Of a stretch of DNA of 64,000 nucleotides, positions 58,976 through 64,000 are shown one piece after another; positions within the stretch are counted from its first letter, which is position 1; each line of letters starts with the position of its first letter. The notes under the pieces were generated by a model. That model worked only from the letters and a program-made list of their open reading frames with translations. It was not told where the DNA came from and did not search any database. Origin of the DNA: an uncultured Chloroflexia bacterium (GTDB lineage Bacteria; Chloroflexota; Limnocylindria; Limnocylindrales; CSP1-4); assembly GCA_963699965.1 (NCBI GenBank), contig CAVOVX010000004.1, positions 452,944-516,943 on the forward strand, in the 5' to 3' direction. Both the position numbers and the translations under genes were made by a program.

Positions 58976-61900
58976 GCAGCGCCGCGGTCAGCTCGGCGAG
59001 GCCGAGCCGGTCCACGACGTCGCGCGACCGAGCGCGTCACCGTGATCAGGTCGAACGGCTTTGCGAGGAGCGGGATGCCGCGTGCCTCGGCGAACGCGTG
59101 GAGATCCGGGTTGAGGACGTCGCCGCTCATGAAGATCCAGCGGCCGGCGAGGTCGGGCTGGATCGCGACCGCCGCCTCGTAGGCGTCGATCCCGGTCATG
59201 CCCGGCATCCGGTGGTCGACGAGGGCCACGTCGATCGGCGCGCCCGGCGGACCTCGCTCGACGGCCGTCTCGCCGTCCGCGGCGACGATCGCGTCGAAGC
59301 CGGCCGCCGCGAGCGCCTTGCGCAGGAAGGTCCGGATCGACTCCTCGTCGTCGAGGACGAGGCCCGCGGCCGCGGCCGGCCTGGCTGGTGCCGGTCCCGG
59401 GCCCCCGGACGCCGGGCGCCGACACCGCCGCGGGCGCGTCGCCGGGTCGACCCGGATCGGACGCATCGTCGAGCGGCGGCGGGGTCGCGACCGGCGCCGG
59501 CGAGGCCGGCGACGACCGGCAGGTCGATGATGAACCGCGCGCCGCGGCCACCCGGACCCGGCTCGAACCGGAGCCGGCCCTCGTGGCGTCGGACGATGTC
59601 GAACGAGACGGGCAGCCCGAGCCCGGTCCCGTCGCCGGGCGCCTTCGTCGTGAAGAACGGCACGAACAGCTTCGTGCGGTCCGACTCGGCGACGCCCGGA
59701 CCGTCGTCGGTCACGGTGATCCGGACCGATGGCTCGGCCCTCGTTCCGCGGCCCGCGCCGGGCGGTGATCTCGAGCCGGCCGGTCGGCCGGTCGGACAGG
59801 ATCGCCTGGATCGCGTTCGAGGTCAGGTTGAGCAGGACCTGCTGGATCTGCGATCGGTCGATCGCGACCCGGGGCAGGCCCGGCTCGACGTCGATGACCC
59901 ATTCGACGCCGCTCATCTGCGAGTACGACTGGAGCTCGCGGACCGTCGTCGAGCAGCGGCCCGAGCGACGTCGGGTGTCGTTCCGGCGGACGCGAGCGGA
60001 CGAAGTCGAGGAAGGTGCGCACGATCTGGCCGCGCCCGTTGGGCCTCGTCGACGAGCAGTCCGGCGCTCTCGCGCAGGTCGGCCGACAGCGCTCGGGTCG
60101 CGACCGATCAGCGGTGCTCAGCCCGATGATCGAGGCGATCGGGTTGTTGAGCTCGTGGGCGACGCCGGAGACGAGGATGCCGACCGTCTCCATCTTCTGG
60201 GCCTGGACGAGCTCGGCCTGGAGGCGTTGCTGCTCGGTCAGGTCGCGGACGAGGACGAGGTGGCGCTCTCGCCCGCCGATCGTGACCCGGGACGCCTCGG
60301 TCTCCACGGGGAACCGGGTCCCATCGAGCCGGTGCGCCGTGCCGGTCGAACGCCGGAGGCCGCCAGGGAGGCGATCCTCGCCGGCGGCCTCGCGACCCGT
60401 CGGATCGACGTCGAGGAAGTCGGTCACCGGCCGGCCGAGCATCCCCTCGATCGTGAGACCGAACAGGAGCGCGGCGGCGTCGTTCGATTCGAGGACCGTC
60501 CCGTCGACGTCGCACATCAGGAACGCGTCGGGCGACGCCTCGAACAGCGTCCGGTAGCGCGCCTCCGATCCCTCGAACCGCTCGCGGTGTCGGAAGTTCG
60601 TGAGCGAGATCCCGACGACGCGGGCGACCGAGTCGAGCGCAGCATGGTTGACCATGAGCTCGTCCGGTGCGCCCTCGAAGTAGGCCACGATCCCGCCGGC
60701 GAGCTGGTCCTCGACCCGGATCGGGATCGCCGCGTAGGCCGTCACGCCGCTCTGTCGGGCGATCGCCAGGGTCTCATCACTCACGACGCCGGGCTCGAAT
60801 CGCTCGAGGATGCTGCCCTCGCCGGCCATCCAGCGGCGGACCGCCGAGCGCGCGGCCGGCGCCGCCGTCGCGAGCCAGTCCGCGATCGGCTTGCGGACCC
60901 CGACCGTCCGCGAGATCTCGTAGCCCGAGCCATCGCTGTTGAACAGCCCGTAGCCCGTCCCGCTGGCCTCGAGCGCCTCGCCGACGAGCCGGGCGGACTG
61001 TTCGGCCAGCTCCTCGGCCGTGTCGACGGCCTGGCCGATCCGGGTCAGCTCGTCGAGGGCGTCGAGCCGGCGCAGTAGCGCCTTCTCGGCCTCGGCACGA
61101 CGGGTGATCTCCTCGATCAGGCGAGCGTTCTCGAGCGCCCGTTCGACGTGGGCGCTCGCGAGGAGGAGCGTCGCCGACGAGGGTCGGGCGGCGTCCGGGT
61201 CGGTCCAGCCCATCGTCAGCAGCCCCACGAGCTCGTCGCGCCGATGGATGCCGACCGCGGCGATCGAGGCCAGGCCGTTGGATCGCAACCACTCGCGCGT
61301 CTCAGTTGAGATCGGGACCGAGTCAAGGTCGCCAATGACGACCCGACCGGGCGGCGCGACGGCGGCGAGCAGCGGAGCTCCGCGCCGGGTCAGCTCGACG
61401 GCCCGTGCACCGGCGACGGCGTCGATGCCGCGGGTCGCCTCGAGGAGGGGCCGATCACCGTCGATCCGGAGGATCAAGCCCGACTGGGCCCCGGTGGCCG
61501 TGCACAGCAGGTCGATCGCGGCCTGGGCGATCTCGGCGCGGCTGCGGGCCTGGCCGGTCGCGGTGGCCAGGCTGCCGAGCGTCGCGAGCTCTCGCTCGAG
61601 CCGATAGGAGGCGGTGATGTCGCGCTTGATGTTCAGCAGCCCGCTGATCCCGCCCTGCTCGTCGACGAGCCGGCTGAGGGTGGCCTCGACGACGACCTCC
61701 CGACCGACCGACCGGCCGATCTTCGGTCGCTCGATCACCCGCCCGTGCCAGGCTCCGGTGGCGAGTGCGATTTCGCGCGGCAGCCAGGTCGGGATGTCGA
61801 CCTCGCCGACGACCGTGGCGTCGGTCAGCCCGTAGATGTCTCGCCCGATCGCGTCCTCGGCGCCGATCCCGTAGAGCCGTTCGGCAGCGGCGTTCCAGAC

Positions 61901-62035
61901 CCGGACCCGGGCGTCGAGGTCGGTGAAGATGAACGCGTCGTCGGCGGAGGCGGCCACGACTCGCAGGAGCGCGAGGGTCGCCGATTTGTTCGGGTCCTCA
62001 TCGAGCGGCGCCGGCGCGGCGTCGGGTTCGGCCAC
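58963..62035 (-). pseudogene. hybrid sensor histidine kinase (PAS - GAF - GAF/PAS - HisKA - HATPase - receiver); clean 5' 1.9 kb, at least five frame changes in the last 1.1 kb
   Basis: GTG 62035 within track ORF 59711..62488. DAFIFTDLDARVRVWNAAAERLYG (PAS), GAF-like segments, RYRTLFEASPDAFLMCDVDG (PAS), LVSGVAHELNNPIASIIGLS (H box). Then QIVRTFLDFV, IQQVLLNLTSNAIQA (N box), VTDDGPGV..FFTTKAPGDGTGLGLPVS (G boxes), LVLDDEESIRTFLRKAL..VALVDHRMPGMTG..LAKPF (receiver) in shifting frames. Confidence 0.75.
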
Positions 62036-62117
62036 GGACCTATCGTACGCTCGCGGCCCGCTGGGTTCGTCCGACTGGGCTGCCCCGTCGGGATCGCGGT
62101 GTAGATTCGGGTCCGAG

Positions 62118-63651
62118 ATGACCGACAGCGCGACGCAGACAGCAGCCGAGCCGACCGCCGAGCCGCCGATCCATGGCCTGTTCATCGGCGGCGAGTGGAC
62201 CGAATCGGGCACGGGCCGGACGTTCGAATCGGTGAACCCGGCCGACACCCGTGACGTGGTCGGCGGGTTCCAGTCCGGCGACGCCGCCGATGCCGCCCGG
62301 GCGATCCGGGCCGCGGAGGACGCCTTCCCGGGCTGGCGCCGGACCCCGGCACCGAAGCGGGGCGAGATCCTGTACCGGTTCGGCGCGCTGATGGCCGAGC
62401 ACAAGGAGCGCCTCGCCCGGGCGATGACCCGCGAGATGGGCAAGGTCCTGCCCGAGGCGCGCGGCGACGTCCAGGAAGGGATCGACATCGCCTACCTGAT
62501 GGCGGGGGAGGGTCGCCGGATGTTCGGCGACACGACCCCGTCGGAGCTGCCGGACAAGTGGGCGATGAGCGTGCGGGAGCCGGTCGGCGTGGCCGGGATC
62601 ATCACGCCGTGGAACTTCCCGATCGCCATCCCGTGCTGGAAGATGATGCCGGCCCTGGTCACCGGCAACACGGTCGTCTTCAAGCCGTCGAGCGATACGC
62701 CCCATTGCGCGACGCTGCTCGTCGAGCTCATGGCCGAGGCCGGCTTTCCGCCGGGTACCGTCAACCTCGTGACCGGGCCCGGTCGCGGAGGTCGGCGACG
62801 CGATCGTGACCAGCCCCGACGTGCAGCTCATCAGCTTCACCGGCAACACCGCCACCGGACGGCGGATCGCCGAGCTCGCCGCCGCGCGGCTCAAGCGGGT
62901 CAGCCTCGAGCTCGGCGGCAAGAACGGGATCGTGGTCCTGGCCGACGCGGACCTCGACCTGGCGACCGACGGGATCCTCTGGTCGGCGTTCGGGACGACC
63001 GGCCAGCGCTGCACGGCCTGCTCGCGGGTGATCGTCGAGACGTCTGTTGTCGAGCCGCTGCTCGAGCGTCTCGAGGCTCGGGCCCGATCGCTCCGGCTCG
63101 GCTCGGGTCTCGAGCCGACGACCGACGTCGGACCACTGATCAACGCCGCGGCCGTCGCGAAGGTCGGGTCGTATGTCGAGATCGGCCGCCGCGAAGGCGA
63201 GGTCGTGGTCGGTGGCGACCGAGCGCGCGGATCTGGACTCGAGCACGGTCACTTCTTCGCGCCGACGATCGTTCGCGACGTCAAGCCGATGGACCGGATC
63301 GCGCAGGAGGAGATCTTCGGGCCGGTGCTGGCGATCATCGCGGTGCCCGACTACGACGCAGCGGTGACTGCCCTCAACCAGACCCGCTTCGGGCTGTCGT
63401 CGTCGATCTTCACGCGCGACGTGAACACCGCCTTCCGGGCGATGCGCGACTTCGAGGCCGGGATCGTCTACGTCAATGCCGGCACGATCGGCGCCGAGAC
63501 CCACCTGCCGTTCGGGGGGATCAAGCAGACGGGCAACGGCCATCGCGAGGCGGGCCACGCGGCCCTCGATACGTTCACCGAGTGGAAGTCGATCTACGTC
63601 GACTTCTCCGGCCGCCTCCAGAGGGCCCAGATCGACAACCAGCCGGACTGA
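62118..63651 (+). pseudogene. NAD(P)-dependent aldehyde dehydrogenase, one frame change near 62785
   Basis: ATG 62118 in frame with track ORF 61923..63887 up to VNLVTGPG. Continues as AEVGDAIVTSPDVQLISFTGNTATGRRI, ELGGKNG, GTTGQRCTACSR (catalytic Cys), EEIFGPV in track ORF 62806..63651. Confidence 0.85.
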
Positions 63652-63661
63652 GCGCGGCAGC

Positions 63662-64000
63662 ATGGGCCGGTCGATCCCGATCGTGGTCCGCGAAGCCACC
63701 GCCGCCGACACCGAGGCGCTTACCCGGCTCCACCTCGACAGCGCCCGCTATCACGCCGCGCTCGACCCCGCGCTCTATCGCGTGCCCGACGAGGAGGCCT
63801 ACCGTCGCCTGGCCACGGCGCAGCTGGCCGACCCGGACACCCTGGTCCTCGTCGCCGAGTCGGCCGCTGAGGTCGTCGGCGTCGTGATGCTCGCACCGAT
63901 CGACGAGCCGCCCGATTACTCGATCCTCCGGCCGGTGGCGGCCCTCGACCTCGGGATCGTGGTCGACGAATCCCTCCGCCATCGAGGTGTCGGCCGACGC
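63662..64000 (+). CDS. GNAT-family N-acetyltransferase, 3' end beyond the window
   Basis: Not in the track (no stop in the window). ATG 63662: MGRSIPIVVREATAADTEALTRLHLDSARYHAALDPALYRVPDEEAYRR...LVLVAESAAEVVGVVMLAP...LDLGIVVDESLRHRGVGRR (acetyl-CoA motif A beginning). Confidence 0.6.
   Translation, partial: MGRSIPIVVREATAADTEALTRLHLDSARYHAALDPALYRVPDEEAYRRLATAQLADPDTLVLVAESAAEVVGVVMLAPIDEPPDYSILRPVAALDLGIVVDESLRHRGVGRR

Noticed and set aside
59729-61078. 449-aa + strand ORF inside the histidine kinase locus
   Set aside because: Antisense to well-defined PAS/GAF segments on the minus strand.

Overview
64 kb of very GC-rich chromosomal DNA with an Actinomycetota-like gene repertoire: LLM-type domain, DinB-type protein, GT87-like and DUF2723 membrane glycosyltransferases, BldC-like HTH, Flp pilin, many 4-nt start/stop overlaps and leaderless-looking starts. 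I can support about 65 protein-coding loci, two tRNAs (Glu-CUC 6593-6669, Arg-UCU 18416-18491), a few hairpin terminators and some operator-like repeats. I saw no rRNA, CRISPR array, transposase, integrase or recognizable defence gene. Content: acyl-CoA metabolism (two acyl-CoA dehydrogenases, a split B12-dependent acyl-CoA mutase with MeaB and a 3-hydroxyacyl-CoA dehydrogenase, GMC oxidoreductase, aldehyde dehydrogenase); copper handling (SHOCT protein plus CPH-type CopB ATPase, cupredoxin lipoprotein); redox (ArsR-thioredoxin, nitroreductase, NDH-2); envelope proteins; an ABC-2 exporter; several GNATs and alpha/beta hydrolases; and signalling (ECF sigma, PAS/GAF hybrid histidine kinase, cupin-adenylate cyclase). 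Most long ORFs in the supplied track are GC-driven antisense or shadow frames. Two things stand out. (i) Roughly half of the genes are broken by indels. The indels cluster in blocks of roughly 2.5-5 kb that ignore gene and strand boundaries, and these alternate with blocks where 1-2 kb genes are intact. (ii) A same-strand run from 35215 down to 30940 holds an LLM-UbiA prenyltransferase fusion overlapping a CPBP protease gene, followed by an ECF sigma factor translationally coupled to an Ogt plus Ada-type Cys4 fusion protein. I consider (ii) the best candidate for undescribed biology. All functional calls come from motif recognition by eye, not from database searches.
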